From the NCBI GenBank assembly GCA_046263215.1, contig JBHELH010000318.1, positions 778 to 64,777 on the forward strand: a stretch of DNA of 64,000 bases. The letters run 5' to 3'. The DNA is from Gemmatimonadaceae bacterium. GTDB taxonomy: Bacteria; Gemmatimonadota; Gemmatimonadetes; Gemmatimonadales; Gemmatimonadaceae. This document shows positions 8,761 to 18,028 of the stretch, piece by piece. A program made the translations under genes and the position numbers. The stretch's first letter is position 1. Every line of letters starts with the position of its first letter. The notes under the pieces were generated by a model, which saw only the letters and a program-made list of their open reading frames with translations, had not been told where the DNA came from and ran no database searches.

Positions 8761-8820
8761 CGCCGCAAGCTACGACGGCACGCGCGGCGAGCGCGAACCA
8801 CCGGCCCGGCGGCGACGGCT

Positions 8821-9063
8821 TCAGTCGGCTGTCAATTGCCGATACCAGCGCCCGCACAACGTCGTGCGCGGCCCGTCATAGGACTGAGGGACGCGACACC
8901 CACGCGCCTCGAGGTCGCGGCGGACGGTCTGCGGCAGGTCGGCAAAGGCCGACGGTGCCAGGCGCTGGACGGCGCTCAGCGGGTCGCCCGTCGGGCGCTG
9001 CGCCGCGGAGCTGGGCGCCGCGGCCGCGAGGAGCGCGGCGGCAATAAGTGTAGGACGCGTCAT
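8821..9063 (-). CDS. Small secreted protein, unknown function
   Basis: Internal ATG at 9063 of track ORF 8821..9738 gives an 80-aa protein with signal peptide MTRPTLIAAALLAAAAPSSAAQ and two Cys. The rest of the track ORF overlaps the GT4 gene in another frame. Confidence 0.5.
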   Translation of the reverse strand: MTRPTLIAAALLAAAAPSSAAQRPTGDPLSAVQRLAPSAFADLPQTVRRDLEARGCRVPQSYDGPRTTLCGRWYRQLTAD

Positions 9064-9113
9064 GAAGGGCAGACGCCAGACGCCCGCGCAGGTAACGTCG
9101 AGGCGCCGGCTTG

Positions 9114-10796
9114 CTAGGGCGCGCTTGCGCCGGCCATCGCCGGTGCCATCACTGCCTCGGCGGCGATTGCGTCGAGCTCGCGCGCCAGCTTCCGGCCGAC
9201 GCTCGTCCAGTCGTGCCGCTCGCGTGCGGCGCGCGCGAGCACGTCCTTGTAGCGAACACCCATGCGCAGCGCGGTCGACGCCTTCCTCGCGATCTCTTTC
9301 ACGACGTGCTGCGGGTCGATGCGCATCGCCTCGACGATGTGCGGCGGGAGCAGGTCGGCGATCGCGTCGATGCTCGCCTTCATGCCGCCGAAGTTCGTGC
9401 CGAGCGGAAAGCACCCCGACGCCAGCGCCTCGAGGAAGACGAGCGGACCGGCCTCCTTGACCAGTGACGGGAAGATCCCAACGTCGCAGCACGGAAACAG
9501 GTGCTGGAGCTCCTGATGCGTCAGATAGCCGGTGAAGACGACGCGGTCCGCGCGCACGTGCTCGCGCGCGAGCTCCAGGTATCCGTCGAGCAGTCCTTGC
9601 CAGCGCAGGTCGTCGAAGAACTCGCTCACCTTCCCGAGTTCCGTCGCGCCGCCCGTTCCGTCGGGGTCTCCCTCGAGGATGCGCCCGCACTCGACGACGC
9701 GATCGACCAGCGCGAGGTCCCCGTGCTCCAGCGCCCATACGAACGCTTCCATGACCTCGCGCAGCGGTCCGTGTCCGACGACGAGCAGCCGCACCCCCGG
9801 ATCCTCGGCGAGCAGGAACGGTAGCGCCGCTAGTCCCGCTTGCACTCCCTTGGCCGAGATGAGACGGCCGACGAAGAGCATGATGGCGTCGTGCTCCCAG
9901 TCGATCTCCTCGAGCTTCTCCTCCAGGTCCGCGTCCGGCGCTTTCGTGTCGTATTGAATGCTCGTCAATGCCGCGCGGAGCTGCTCGGTGTCCTCAGCCC
10001 CGGTGACGGCTTCGAGCATCGCCGCGAGCTGCTCCGGCCGTCTGCCTCGGGACCTATCGGCCAGGCTGACCAACAGTCGGCCCATCTTCTCCCGCCGCCG
10101 CTCGCGCGGCACGGGCTCGAACTGCCAGGTGTGCACGCCCAGCGGGAGCGTCGTGAACTTGTCGTCGAGGCCTGGCACGTCACCGACGATTGCCTTCACG
10201 CGCGCGCGCATCTCCGCGCCGTGGACGAAGACGCGACCCGCCACGGTCAGCGTACGCTGCGCCCAGCGCAGGAACCGCTCGTCCTTCTTGAGCGCGTACT
10301 CGAGCTCACTCCCGTGCGGCATCACGGCGAACGGCACGCCCGCGGCCTCGCTCGAGCGCTGCGCGACGACCGCGAGGAGCGCCGCGTGGTTGGCGTGGAT
10401 CGCGTGAATGCCGTAGCGGCGCACGACGTCGTTCACGACCCGCACGTTGCGCTCGACGTACTCCTCGAGCGCCTCATCCGGGAGGTTGATCATCGGCACC
10501 GGGTTCGAGAACTCCTCGTACCGATCCCACACGAAGACCGGCAGCGTCTCGCCGAGCTGCGGCTTGTGCATGACGCACTTCCCGCGGTACGGCACCTCGC
10601 GCCTGAACAGCGTCTCCACCGTGCCATCCGGCTCGTACCGATACGCCTCGGCGATGCAGTCGTACTGCTCCGGGTGCGGCTCCTGACACACGAGGTGAAT
10701 CGTCTGCCCGTCCCTGCACAGCGACTCCACGACGCACCGCGTCCAGAGGTTGCTGCCCGAACCTTCGAGGAGGTAGCCGTGGAGAAGGCAGATCAT
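9114..10796 (-). CDS. Glycosyltransferase family 4 (GT-B fold)
   Basis: Start re-set to ATG 10796 (MICLLHGYLLEGSGSNLW...). The upstream 160 codons of the track ORF are Ser/Arg-rich junk overlapping the next gene. C-terminal GT4 signature: IFPSLVKEAGPLVFLEALASGCFPLG. Confidence 0.9.
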   Translation of the reverse strand: MICLLHGYLLEGSGSNLWTRCVVESLCRDGQTIHLVCQEPHPEQYDCIAEAYRYEPDGTVETLFRREVPYRGKCVMHKPQLGETLPVFVWDRYEEFSNPVPMINLPDEALEEYVERNVRVVNDVVRRYGIHAIHANHAALLAVVAQRSSEAAGVPFAVMPHGSELEYALKKDERFLRWAQRTLTVAGRVFVHGAEMRARVKAIVGDVPGLDDKFTTLPLGVHTWQFEPVPRERRREKMGRLLVSLADRSRGRRPEQLAAMLEAVTGAEDTEQLRAALTSIQYDTKAPDADLEEKLEEIDWEHDAIMLFVGRLISAKGVQAGLAALPFLLAEDPGVRLLVVGHGPLREVMEAFVWALEHGDLALVDRVVECGRILEGDPDGTGGATELGKVSEFFDDLRWQGLLDGYLELAREHVRADRVVFTGYLTHQELQHLFPCCDVGIFPSLVKEAGPLVFLEALASGCFPLGTNFGGMKASIDAIADLLPPHIVEAMRIDPQHVVKEIARKASTALRMGVRYKDVLARAARERHDWTSVGRKLARELDAIAAEAVMAPAMAGASAP

Positions 10797-10827
10797 GCCG
10801 GGCGTAGGTGCAAGAAGCTGGCGAGAA

Positions 10828-10854
10828 CGACTGCGGACTGCAGACTGCAGTCGG
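10828..10854. repeat. Short GACTGCG-type palindromic hairpin between DUF218 and GT4 genes
   Basis: CGACTGCGGACTGCAGACTGCAGTCGG contains the perfect palindrome GACTGCAG-A-CTGCAGTC. It uses the same heptamer as the repeats at 18029, 54268 and 61031. Confidence 0.7.
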
Positions 10855-11556
10855 CTAGAGCTCCACCTCCCGCTCCTGCCTCGCCCTGTGCCCCCGCAGG
10901 CCATGCGTCTCGACGACCCGGTGAACCCGGGCGATCTCGTTGACGCGCTCTTGGATCTCCTCACGCGAGACGGAAGGGTTCCGCGCGTAGCCGGGGTGCT
11001 CTTCGTGGATGAAGCGCTCGATCGCCTCGCGATCCCCCTCGGCGATCGGCCCGATCCACTCCATGAGGAAGGTGATGATGTCGCCCTCCGCGCGCGCTCG
11101 CGCGGCGATGATCGTCGCGTCGAGCTCCGTGGACGCCGGGGAGAAGGCAACGTCGTAGCTCGGCCCGAGGATCTTGCCGAAGACCCACGTCGTACGCGGG
11201 ACGTGGAAGTCGGACGTGACGACACGGATCGAGGTCCACTCGTTCGGCTCGAGGAACTTGCGGCCGACGAAGTACGCATTGCCGATCGTGTCGCGTGACT
11301 CCTCCTCGAGGAGGATCACGTCGGCGGGCGTACCGAGGGACTGGGCGTAGGCAGCCATCGCGGCGGCCTCGGAGACGGGCGGCGGTTCGCTCGCGGTCAG
11401 ATTGCAGCGGCCGCTGAAGATGACCCGCGGCGCGACGCCGGCGGCGCAGAGCATTGCGGCGCGTACGGCGCGCTGGCGGGCGTGCAGCGGGAGCGTGCCG
11501 TCCTCGTTGACCGTGGAGCCGAGGACGACGATCGCGTCCGCGTGATAGCCGCGCAC
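10855..11556 (-). CDS. YdcF/ElyC/SanA-like DUF218 protein
   Basis: DUF218 pattern: DAIVVLGSTV...IFSGRCN...SEAAAMAAYAQSLGTPADVILLEEESRDTIGNAYF. I chose GTG 11556 (preceded by GAAGAGGGAG), just downstream of the stop of the upstream gene (11564), rather than 11643. Confidence 0.85.
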   Translation of the reverse strand: MRGYHADAIVVLGSTVNEDGTLPLHARQRAVRAAMLCAAGVAPRVIFSGRCNLTASEPPPVSEAAAMAAYAQSLGTPADVILLEEESRDTIGNAYFVGRKFLEPNEWTSIRVVTSDFHVPRTTWVFGKILGPSYDVAFSPASTELDATIIAARARAEGDIITFLMEWIGPIAEGDREAIERFIHEEHPGYARNPSVSREEIQERVNEIARVHRVVETHGLRGHRARQEREVEL

Positions 11557-11563
11557 TCCCTCT

Positions 11564-11917
11564 TCAGCGGCTCTCGCGGACGAGTTTGACGAGGTAAACC
11601 GCCGTGCCGACGACGAGCCCGCCGGTGAAGCCGACGACTCCATCCGAGACGATCATGAGCTTCCTGTCGCTGCCGTGCTCGAACGCCAGCGCATACGCGA
11701 CGCCCAGCGCTCCCCCAATCGCGCCGCCCCAGCCGGCGTACCGGCCCAACTCGTAAAGGTCGACGGGCGGCACGCGAAGGTCGGTCTCGGCAGCGCCAGT
11801 ACGGGCGAGCGGAACAACCGCGCTTGGCGAGACGCGTGGACCCTGGGCGCGCGCCGAGCCCGGAGCGCCGAGGATCGTCACGGCGAACAGGGCGAACGCG
11901 AGGACGGCCGGTTTCAC
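11564..11917 (-). CDS. Small secreted/membrane protein, Gly-rich C-terminal hydrophobic region
   Basis: 117-aa ORF with signal peptide MKPAVLAFALFAVTILGAPGSARAQ and a C-terminal glycine-zipper-like segment (GWGGAIGGALGVAYA, GFTGGLVVGTAVYL). Confidence 0.55.
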   Translation of the reverse strand: MKPAVLAFALFAVTILGAPGSARAQGPRVSPSAVVPLARTGAAETDLRVPPVDLYELGRYAGWGGAIGGALGVAYALAFEHGSDRKLMIVSDGVVGFTGGLVVGTAVYLVKLVRESR

Positions 11918-12017
11918 CTCGCACCAATAAGTAGCGAGGCGGCCGCGCGGTAGTCCCGCTCGCGGTTTGCGATGACGAGCGACATCTCGAAGTACGGGCG
12001 AGTCGGCTGGCGACGCG

Positions 12018-12977
12018 CTACCGTGGCGCCACCCCCCATACCTCCACCCGTCCCATCACCGACACCGGCACCGCGACCTGCCCCCGCCGCGTGTCGACTC
12101 CGATGTCCGCCGGCTCCGGCACCGGTCGGATCACCTGCGCGGTCTGCTTCCCGTCGGCTCCGAGAATGTGTACGCTCGAGTCGCTCCAGCTCGAGACGAG
12201 GATCCGCCCGTCCGCGAGCGCCTCCACGCCGTCCCACTTTCCCTTCCCGCGCGCGAGCACGGTGCGCGCCGTGTCACCCTCGCGCAGCGTGTAGAGCGTG
12301 CTGGAGAACGGATCGAACGTCACGACGAGCCACCGCTTTCCGCGCCCGTCCCACGTGATTCCGTTCGGCCGGCCGAGGCGCGAGCCTTCGGCGATGACCG
12401 AGATCGACCGGCGCGGACCGACCGCGAACACGCGGTCGCCGCCGGCGTAGATGACGCCGAACTCGGTCATCTGAATTCCGGTGTCGGTCACGTAAATCCG
12501 CCCGTCCGGCCCGAGTGCGACGTCGTTGAGCAGCGTCGGTCGCTGCGCCGCGAAGTCGATTGTCGCTACCGGCGCGCCCGACCGCCGATCGAACCCGCGC
12601 AGTACGTCGATGTCCGCCACCCACAGCGTGTCACCGTGGATCGCCATCCCCTTCGGCGCATTGAGCGTTACGCCGTTCTTGCCCGACTCGGCGAACATCG
12701 TGAGCTGTGACGGCTCGCCCGCGGGGACGCGAACGATGTAACCGTTGTTGTCCTTCACCGACCCGAAGCCGTTCATCATCGAGATGAAGTACGCGTCCTG
12801 GTCAGGGTCGTAGCGTACCGACTCCGGGTCGCGCGCGCCGAGAATGGTGAGGACGCGGTGCGGGCGGGAGCTATTGGTGGATTCCAGGTCGAGCGCGGCT
12901 TCGCCGCGCGTGCAGCCGACGGCGGCGATGGTGATGCCCAGCGCATGAGCGACCGATACGAGAGCGCGTATCATCAT
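12018..12977 (-). CDS. Beta-propeller lipoprotein (SMP-30/gluconolactonase/NHL-like)
   Basis: Start re-set to ATG 12977 (MMIRALVSVAHALGITIAAVGC lipobox); the track start 13193 would overlap the divergent gene at 13083. Repeated propeller-like motifs: GPDGRIYVTDTG, PNGITWDG, DGVEALADGRILVSSW. Confidence 0.75.
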   Translation of the reverse strand: MMIRALVSVAHALGITIAAVGCTRGEAALDLESTNSSRPHRVLTILGARDPESVRYDPDQDAYFISMMNGFGSVKDNNGYIVRVPAGEPSQLTMFAESGKNGVTLNAPKGMAIHGDTLWVADIDVLRGFDRRSGAPVATIDFAAQRPTLLNDVALGPDGRIYVTDTGIQMTEFGVIYAGGDRVFAVGPRRSISVIAEGSRLGRPNGITWDGRGKRWLVVTFDPFSSTLYTLREGDTARTVLARGKGKWDGVEALADGRILVSSWSDSSVHILGADGKQTAQVIRPVPEPADIGVDTRRGQVAVPVSVMGRVEVWGVAPR

Positions 12978-13082
12978 ACCGCCGGGTGGAGCATGGGGTG
13001 TGCCCGGCAGCGTGCGCTCTAGCGGCTGGAACCGGACGGCGGCATCATCTTCCACCCCAATCTCCCCGAAGGAGACCACACA

Positions 13083-14468
13083 ATGGTGACGCCTATCTCC
13101 GCCGCAACGCCAACTGCGGACTTCGTCCCGGGATTCTCCGGAGAGCTGGTTGGTAGAGACAGCCTGGACTACGAGGTGGCGAGACGCGTTCATAACGGCC
13201 TAATCGACAAGCATCCGGTGCTCGTCGCGCGCTGCCGCAGCACAGCCGACGTCGCCGCTGCGGTGAGTTCTGCCCGCCGGCACGGGCTCGAGATCGCCGT
13301 GCGCGCGGGCGGGCACAACGTCGCCGGGCGCGCGACCGTGGACGACGGCCTGGTGATCGACCTCTCGCTGATGCGCGACGTTCGCGTCGATCCCGAAGCC
13401 CGCACGGCGCGCGCGCAGGGCGGAGCGACGTGGGGCGACTTCAACCGCGCGACGCAGGCGCACGGGCTGGCGACGACGGGCGGCATCATCTCGACGACCG
13501 GCGTCGCCGGCCTCACACTCGGCGGCGGCCTCGGATGGCTGCTCGGGCGGTACGGGCTGAGCGTCGACAACCTGCTGTCCGCGGAGGTCGTCACCGCCGA
13601 CGGCCGGACGTCGAGGGCGAGCGCGGAGGAAAACCCGGACCTCTTCTGGGCAATTCGCGGCGCGGGCGCGAACTTCGGCGTCGCGACGGCGCTGGAGTTC
13701 CGGCTGCACCCTGTCGGACCGATTATCACAGGCGGCCTGGTCGCCTATCCGGTGGATCAGGCGCGCGACGTCCTCCGCTTCTACCGCGAGCTGACGGCGC
13801 GGTCGTCGGACGACCTGACCGTGTACGTAGGACTCGTCCCGGCGCCCGACGGCTCGGGCGTCAAGCTCGCCGGAGTTCTCGCCTGTCACTGCGGCGACCT
13901 TCGCGACGGCGAGGCCGCGGTGCGCCCGATCAAGCAGTTCGGACCCCCCGCGATGGACGCGATGGGCCCGATGCCGTACGCCGACTTCAACTCGATGCTC
14001 GACGGCGGCTACCCGCGCGGGGCGCTCAACTACTGGAAGGCGACCTTCATCGACAGCCTGACCGACGACGTCATCGACGCAATGATCGACGCCTTCGCCC
14101 GGTGCCCCTCGCCGATGGGCCAGATCGTGCTCGAGCACGTGCACGGCGCGGCGGCGCGCGTCGATCCGCGCGCGACCGCGTTCGCGCACCGCGGCGTTGG
14201 CTACAGCGCGCTCGTGTTGGCGCAGTGGACGCAGCCGGCGGACACGGATCGCAACATCCGTTGGGCGCGTGAGTCGTACGCGGCGCTCGAGCCGTTCGGC
14301 GCCGGGGCCAGTTACGTCAACTACCTCGGCCACGACGAGGGTGATGACCGCGTGGTGAGTGCGTACGGCCCGAACTACGCGCGGCTTCGTGAGCTCAAGG
14401 GGAAGTACGACCCCGACAACGTCTTCCACCTCAATCAGAACATCCCGCCGGCGTCTTCCAGGTCGTGA
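13083..14468 (+). CDS. FAD-binding oxidoreductase (PCMH-type FAD domain + BBE-like C-terminus)
   Basis: 461-aa ORF. The FAD-binding region is AVRAGGHNVAGRATVDDGLVIDLSLM...TGGIISTTGVAGLTLGGGLGWL, and the C-terminal berberine-bridge-like motif is YDPDNVFHLNQNI. Confidence 0.9.
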   Translation: MVTPISAATPTADFVPGFSGELVGRDSLDYEVARRVHNGLIDKHPVLVARCRSTADVAAAVSSARRHGLEIAVRAGGHNVAGRATVDDGLVIDLSLMRDVRVDPEARTARAQGGATWGDFNRATQAHGLATTGGIISTTGVAGLTLGGGLGWLLGRYGLSVDNLLSAEVVTADGRTSRASAEENPDLFWAIRGAGANFGVATALEFRLHPVGPIITGGLVAYPVDQARDVLRFYRELTARSSDDLTVYVGLVPAPDGSGVKLAGVLACHCGDLRDGEAAVRPIKQFGPPAMDAMGPMPYADFNSMLDGGYPRGALNYWKATFIDSLTDDVIDAMIDAFARCPSPMGQIVLEHVHGAAARVDPRATAFAHRGVGYSALVLAQWTQPADTDRNIRWARESYAALEPFGAGASYVNYLGHDEGDDRVVSAYGPNYARLRELKGKYDPDNVFHLNQNIPPASSRS

Positions 14469-16234
14469 GGCGTGTGCCGCCGAAGCAGCTGCCCATGACC
14501 CGACTCGGATTTCTCTGCGGGCCACCGATTCTCGCCTGCGTCGCGGTGTGCTCAGCGTGCACGGCAGGTGTCGGACGTACCCCACCGCAACGCGAGATCC
14601 CGACAACGGCGACGGCCGCTGCGATTGGGAGCATCAGGGACGACGACCTACGACGACATACCGAGGTGCTCGCGTCCGACGCCTATGAGGGACGCGGTCC
14701 GGGCAGCCGCGGTGAAGACTCGACCGTGGCATACTTGACGAGGCAGTTCGTGCGCGCCGGCCTCCGCCCCGGGAACTCGGACCGCACCTACGTGCAGTGG
14801 GTTCCCCTGACCGCCGTCAGGGTGCGGGCCGCCGGGTCGTACACCGCGGGCGGGAAGACCGTCGAGCTCAGGTCACCGGAGGACTTCACCATCTCTCCCG
14901 GGCGCGCGGTGCCGGAGCTCGTCGTGCGGGGCTCCGATGTCGTGTTCGCGGGGTACGGGCTCGTGGCGTCGGAACACGGCTGGGATGCCTACCGCGGGCT
15001 CGACCTCCACGGCAAGACGGCGATGCTCCTCTTCGGCGACCCGCCCGCGTCGAGCGCTGGCGACTCGGCGAGGATCCGCAATCTCATCAACACGTGGCAG
15101 GCGCAAGGGCTCGGCAGCTGGCGGCAGCGTGTGCAGATGGCCGTGCAGCGCGGAGCCGCCGCGGTGATCACCGTGCACGAGACCGCAGCCGCGGGCCTGT
15201 CGTACGAGGCGATTGCGGGGTCGGGCACTCGCGAGCGGATGCAGCCGACACAGGCATCGGCCGACACGACGCGTCCTTTCCCCCTCGCGATCATGCGACT
15301 CGACGTCGCGAGGCGATTGATCGCCGCCGGCGGCGGTGACTTCGAGCGCCTGAAGCGGCAGGCGGCGGCGAGCGTGACCTTCACGCCGGTGCCGCTCGGC
15401 GTCGAGGTGAACTTTCGCGTCAGCTACTCGATGGGCGAGCTCCGCACGCGAAACGTCGTCGCGCGTCTCGACGGATCGGACCCGGCGCTCGCCCGGGAGT
15501 ACGTGTTGTATACCGCGCACTGGGACCATCTGGGGCGAGACGAAGCGCTCGCAGGCGACCAGACCTACAACGGCGCCATCGACAACGCCGGCGGAACCGC
15601 CCAGCTGCTCGAGATCGCGGAGGCGTTCACGAGGTTACGCCCGCCGCCGAGGCGCACCATCCTCTTCATGGCGACGGCGGCAGAAGAGCAGGGGCTCCTC
15701 GGCGCGCGGTACTACGCGACGCACCCCCTACATCCCCTCGAGCACACGGTCGCCGTGATCAACCTCGATTGGTTCTTCCCGTGGGGGCGCACCCGCGACG
15801 TCCTGAACATCGGCCACGGGAACACGACGCTCGACGACGTCCTCACCGACGCTGCGCGGCACCAGGGTCGCACCGTGACGCCCGACCCGTGGGCGGAGCA
15901 GAACTACTTCCTCCGGTCCGACCAGTTTCCGTTCGTGGAGCGGGGCATACCCGCGCTCTTCGTCGGGGCGGGCCTCGATTACACCGGACGGCCAGCCGAC
16001 TGGGGCAAGTCGATGATGAGCGAGTACGAGGCGAACCACTACCACCGCGTCTCCGACGAAATACGCCCCGGCTGGGACTACTCGGGCGCCGCCGAGGACG
16101 CGCGGCTCCTGTTCGACGTCGGATACCGCGTCGCGCAAAGCACGACCCGCCCGCGATGGAAGACCACGACTGCGTACCCCGCATTCAGGGCGGCGCACGC
16201 GGCGTTACTGCGGCGGGCGGGCGTTTCGCGATGA
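14465..16234 (+). CDS. M28 family metallopeptidase (secreted aminopeptidase-like)
   Basis: GTG start overlaps the previous stop (GTGA 14465-14468); an alternative ATG lies at 14495. M28 metal-ligand regions: YTAHWDHLG, NGAIDNAGGTAQLLEIAEAF, ILFMATAAEEQGLLGARYY. Confidence 0.9.
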   Translation: MRRVPPKQLPMTRLGFLCGPPILACVAVCSACTAGVGRTPPQREIPTTATAAAIGSIRDDDLRRHTEVLASDAYEGRGPGSRGEDSTVAYLTRQFVRAGLRPGNSDRTYVQWVPLTAVRVRAAGSYTAGGKTVELRSPEDFTISPGRAVPELVVRGSDVVFAGYGLVASEHGWDAYRGLDLHGKTAMLLFGDPPASSAGDSARIRNLINTWQAQGLGSWRQRVQMAVQRGAAAVITVHETAAAGLSYEAIAGSGTRERMQPTQASADTTRPFPLAIMRLDVARRLIAAGGGDFERLKRQAAASVTFTPVPLGVEVNFRVSYSMGELRTRNVVARLDGSDPALAREYVLYTAHWDHLGRDEALAGDQTYNGAIDNAGGTAQLLEIAEAFTRLRPPPRRTILFMATAAEEQGLLGARYYATHPLHPLEHTVAVINLDWFFPWGRTRDVLNIGHGNTTLDDVLTDAARHQGRTVTPDPWAEQNYFLRSDQFPFVERGIPALFVGAGLDYTGRPADWGKSMMSEYEANHYHRVSDEIRPGWDYSGAAEDARLLFDVGYRVAQSTTRPRWKTTTAYPAFRAAHAALLRRAGVSR

Positions 16235-17583
16235 GGCGCTGGCTTCGCCTCTGGTTCACATTCGAGGAGCGCGTCGGGCGCCGGGAGTATGTCGTGAGCG
16301 GTCTCGCCTTGGCGCTGATCAAGTACGCGGGGGACGCGCTGCTCGTCTGGGCGGTCGCTGGCCAAGTGTGGACGCCGGTCGACTACCTGACGACCGTGCA
16401 CTCCGTGCTGTCTTCGCGCTTCGCCGGCTCGCCGCGGTGGCTCGGGCCCGCGCTCGCCGCGTGGTCGCTGCCGTTCATGTGGATCGGCTTCAGCATGAGC
16501 CTACGACGGGCGCTCGATGCCGGGCGCACGGCGTGGCTCTCGCTGCTCTTTCTCATCCCCTACGTCACCTACGCGCTCATCGCGATGCTGAGCATCCTGC
16601 CGACCGCGGCGTTGCCTCGCCGCGTGGCGGCGCTCGTGCCGCGCGCGCACGAGCGGCGTCTGCCGAGCGCCTTGCTGTCGATCGCGGCGGGGGTCGGCGT
16701 CGCACTCGCGATGGTCACGCTCAGCATCCTCGCGTTTCGCAGCTACGGCGTCGCGCTCTTTCTCAGCACGCCGTTCGTGACCGGCGTCATCACGGGATTC
16801 CTGCTCAACCGGCGGTACCCGGCCCGCGCCCGGGAGACAAGGGAGGTCGTGGCGATGACCATCCTGGCCACCGCGGGCGCGCTGATTCTCACCGCGATCG
16901 AGGGTGGGCTCTGCGTCTTGATGGCGGCGCCACTCGCGCTGCCCATCGCCGTGCTCGGCGGCGCGGCGGGGCGGCACATCGCGCTCCGTGACCGGTCACG
17001 GAACGTCAACGCGCTCGCCGCGCTGGCCGTGGTGCCGGTCGTGGCGTCGACTGATGCCACCCGGGGGCCGACGCCACTCAGAGAGGTTCGCTCAGCCGTC
17101 GAGATCGACGCGCCGCCGGACGTCGTGTGGAGACACGTCATCGCCTTCCCGCCGCTCGCCGAGCCGCCGGCTCTCGTTTTCCGGCTCGGGGTCGCGTACC
17201 CGTTGCGCGCCGAGATCGTCGGCCGCGGCGTCGGCGCGGTGCGGCATTGCGTGTTCTCGACCGGCGCGTTCGTCGAGCCGATCACGGTGTGGGAGCCTGG
17301 CCGGCGAGTGAGCTTCGACGTCGCCGCGCAGCCCCCGCCACTCCACGAGTGGAGCCCATATGCCGGCGTCGTTCCGCCGCACCTCGACGGCTACTTCCGC
17401 TCACGTCGCGGCGAGTTCCGGCTCGTTCCGCTCGCTGGCGGACGCACGCGACTCGAAGGGAGCACGTGGTACGAGATGCGGCTCTACCCGGAGGCGTACT
17501 GGGTGCTGTTCGCCGACGCCCTCGTGTCGGGCATTCACAGGCGCGTGCTGCGCCACGTGCAGACGTTGGCTGAGGCGGACTAG
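16231..17583 (+). CDS. Membrane protein: DUF805-like N-terminus, multi-TM core, C-terminal SRPBCC/START-like domain
   Basis: Start re-set to ATG 16231, overlapping the previous stop (ATGA). The N-terminus is MRRWLRLWFTFEERVGRREYVVSG, followed by about 6 hydrophobic helices. The C-terminal 150 aa (VEIDAPPDVVWRHVIAF...GEFRLVPLAGGRTRLEGSTWY) look like a polyketide-cyclase/SRPBCC fold. Confidence 0.8.
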   Translation: MRRWLRLWFTFEERVGRREYVVSGLALALIKYAGDALLVWAVAGQVWTPVDYLTTVHSVLSSRFAGSPRWLGPALAAWSLPFMWIGFSMSLRRALDAGRTAWLSLLFLIPYVTYALIAMLSILPTAALPRRVAALVPRAHERRLPSALLSIAAGVGVALAMVTLSILAFRSYGVALFLSTPFVTGVITGFLLNRRYPARARETREVVAMTILATAGALILTAIEGGLCVLMAAPLALPIAVLGGAAGRHIALRDRSRNVNALAALAVVPVVASTDATRGPTPLREVRSAVEIDAPPDVVWRHVIAFPPLAEPPALVFRLGVAYPLRAEIVGRGVGAVRHCVFSTGAFVEPITVWEPGRRVSFDVAAQPPPLHEWSPYAGVVPPHLDGYFRSRRGEFRLVPLAGGRTRLEGSTWYEMRLYPEAYWVLFADALVSGIHRRVLRHVQTLAEAD

Positions 17584-17630
17584 ACAGGTGCGTCTAGGCG
17601 TCGAGCCGAAGAGCGGTGCTCACACGCATC

Positions 17631-18002
17631 TCACTTGGTCCTCGACGACAATACGAACCGGTTTCCATCGGCGTCCTTGAAGATCGCGGCCGTTCCCCAG
17701 TGCTCGGTCTTCGGCGGCATCGGGAACTCGACGCCCTTCGCCGAGAGCTCGTCGTAGGTCCGCTGCACGTCGTCGGCGACGAAGGTGATGTTGGTGACGT
17801 CGCCGATGCGGTCCTCCCAGCCGTCCGGGGTGAAGAGGACGATCCGCGTGTCGGCGCCGGGGATGCGCATCTCGATCCAGCGCTGCTTGTCGTCAAACGG
17901 CTGGTCGGTGGCGACGATGAAGCCGAGCTTCTCGCTGTAGAACGCGATCGCGCGATCCTGGTCGCGCACCGGCACGTTGGCGAACTTGATCCCTTTGATC
18001 AT
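17631..18002 (-). CDS. VOC/glyoxalase-bleomycin resistance family protein
   Basis: Start re-set to ATG 18002 (MIKGIKFANVPVRDQDRAIAFYSEKLGF...). The 123-aa length is typical of single-module VOC proteins. The upstream 30 codons of the track ORF run through a repeat arm. Confidence 0.9.
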   Translation of the reverse strand: MIKGIKFANVPVRDQDRAIAFYSEKLGFIVATDQPFDDKQRWIEMRIPGADTRIVLFTPDGWEDRIGDVTNITFVADDVQRTYDELSAKGVEFPMPPKTEHWGTAAIFKDADGNRFVLSSRTK

Positions 18003-18028
18003 CGCGGCACCCCCGGAGCGAGAGACGG

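Noticed and set aside
8821-9738. 305-aa minus-strand ORF
   Set aside because: Most of it overlaps the GT4 gene in a different frame and is Arg-rich junk. Only the terminal 80 codons (from ATG 9063, with a signal peptide) are kept, as a low-confidence small gene.
9114-11279. 721-aa version of the glycosyltransferase ORF
   Set aside because: The first ~160 codons (MRTSSAASSSSRTSGPRSVSS...) are low-complexity and overlap the DUF218 gene in another frame. A clean GT4 N-terminus starts at ATG 10796, just downstream of the DUF218 stop.
13200-14606. 468-aa minus-strand ORF
   Set aside because: It is antisense to the FAD/BBE oxidoreductase gene, and its composition is that of a shadow ORF.
15769-17583. 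604-aa version of the membrane/SRPBCC ORF
   Set aside because: The first 154 codons overlap the M28 peptidase gene out of frame and are Arg-rich. ATG 16231 overlaps the M28 stop (ATGA) and opens a sensible N-terminus.
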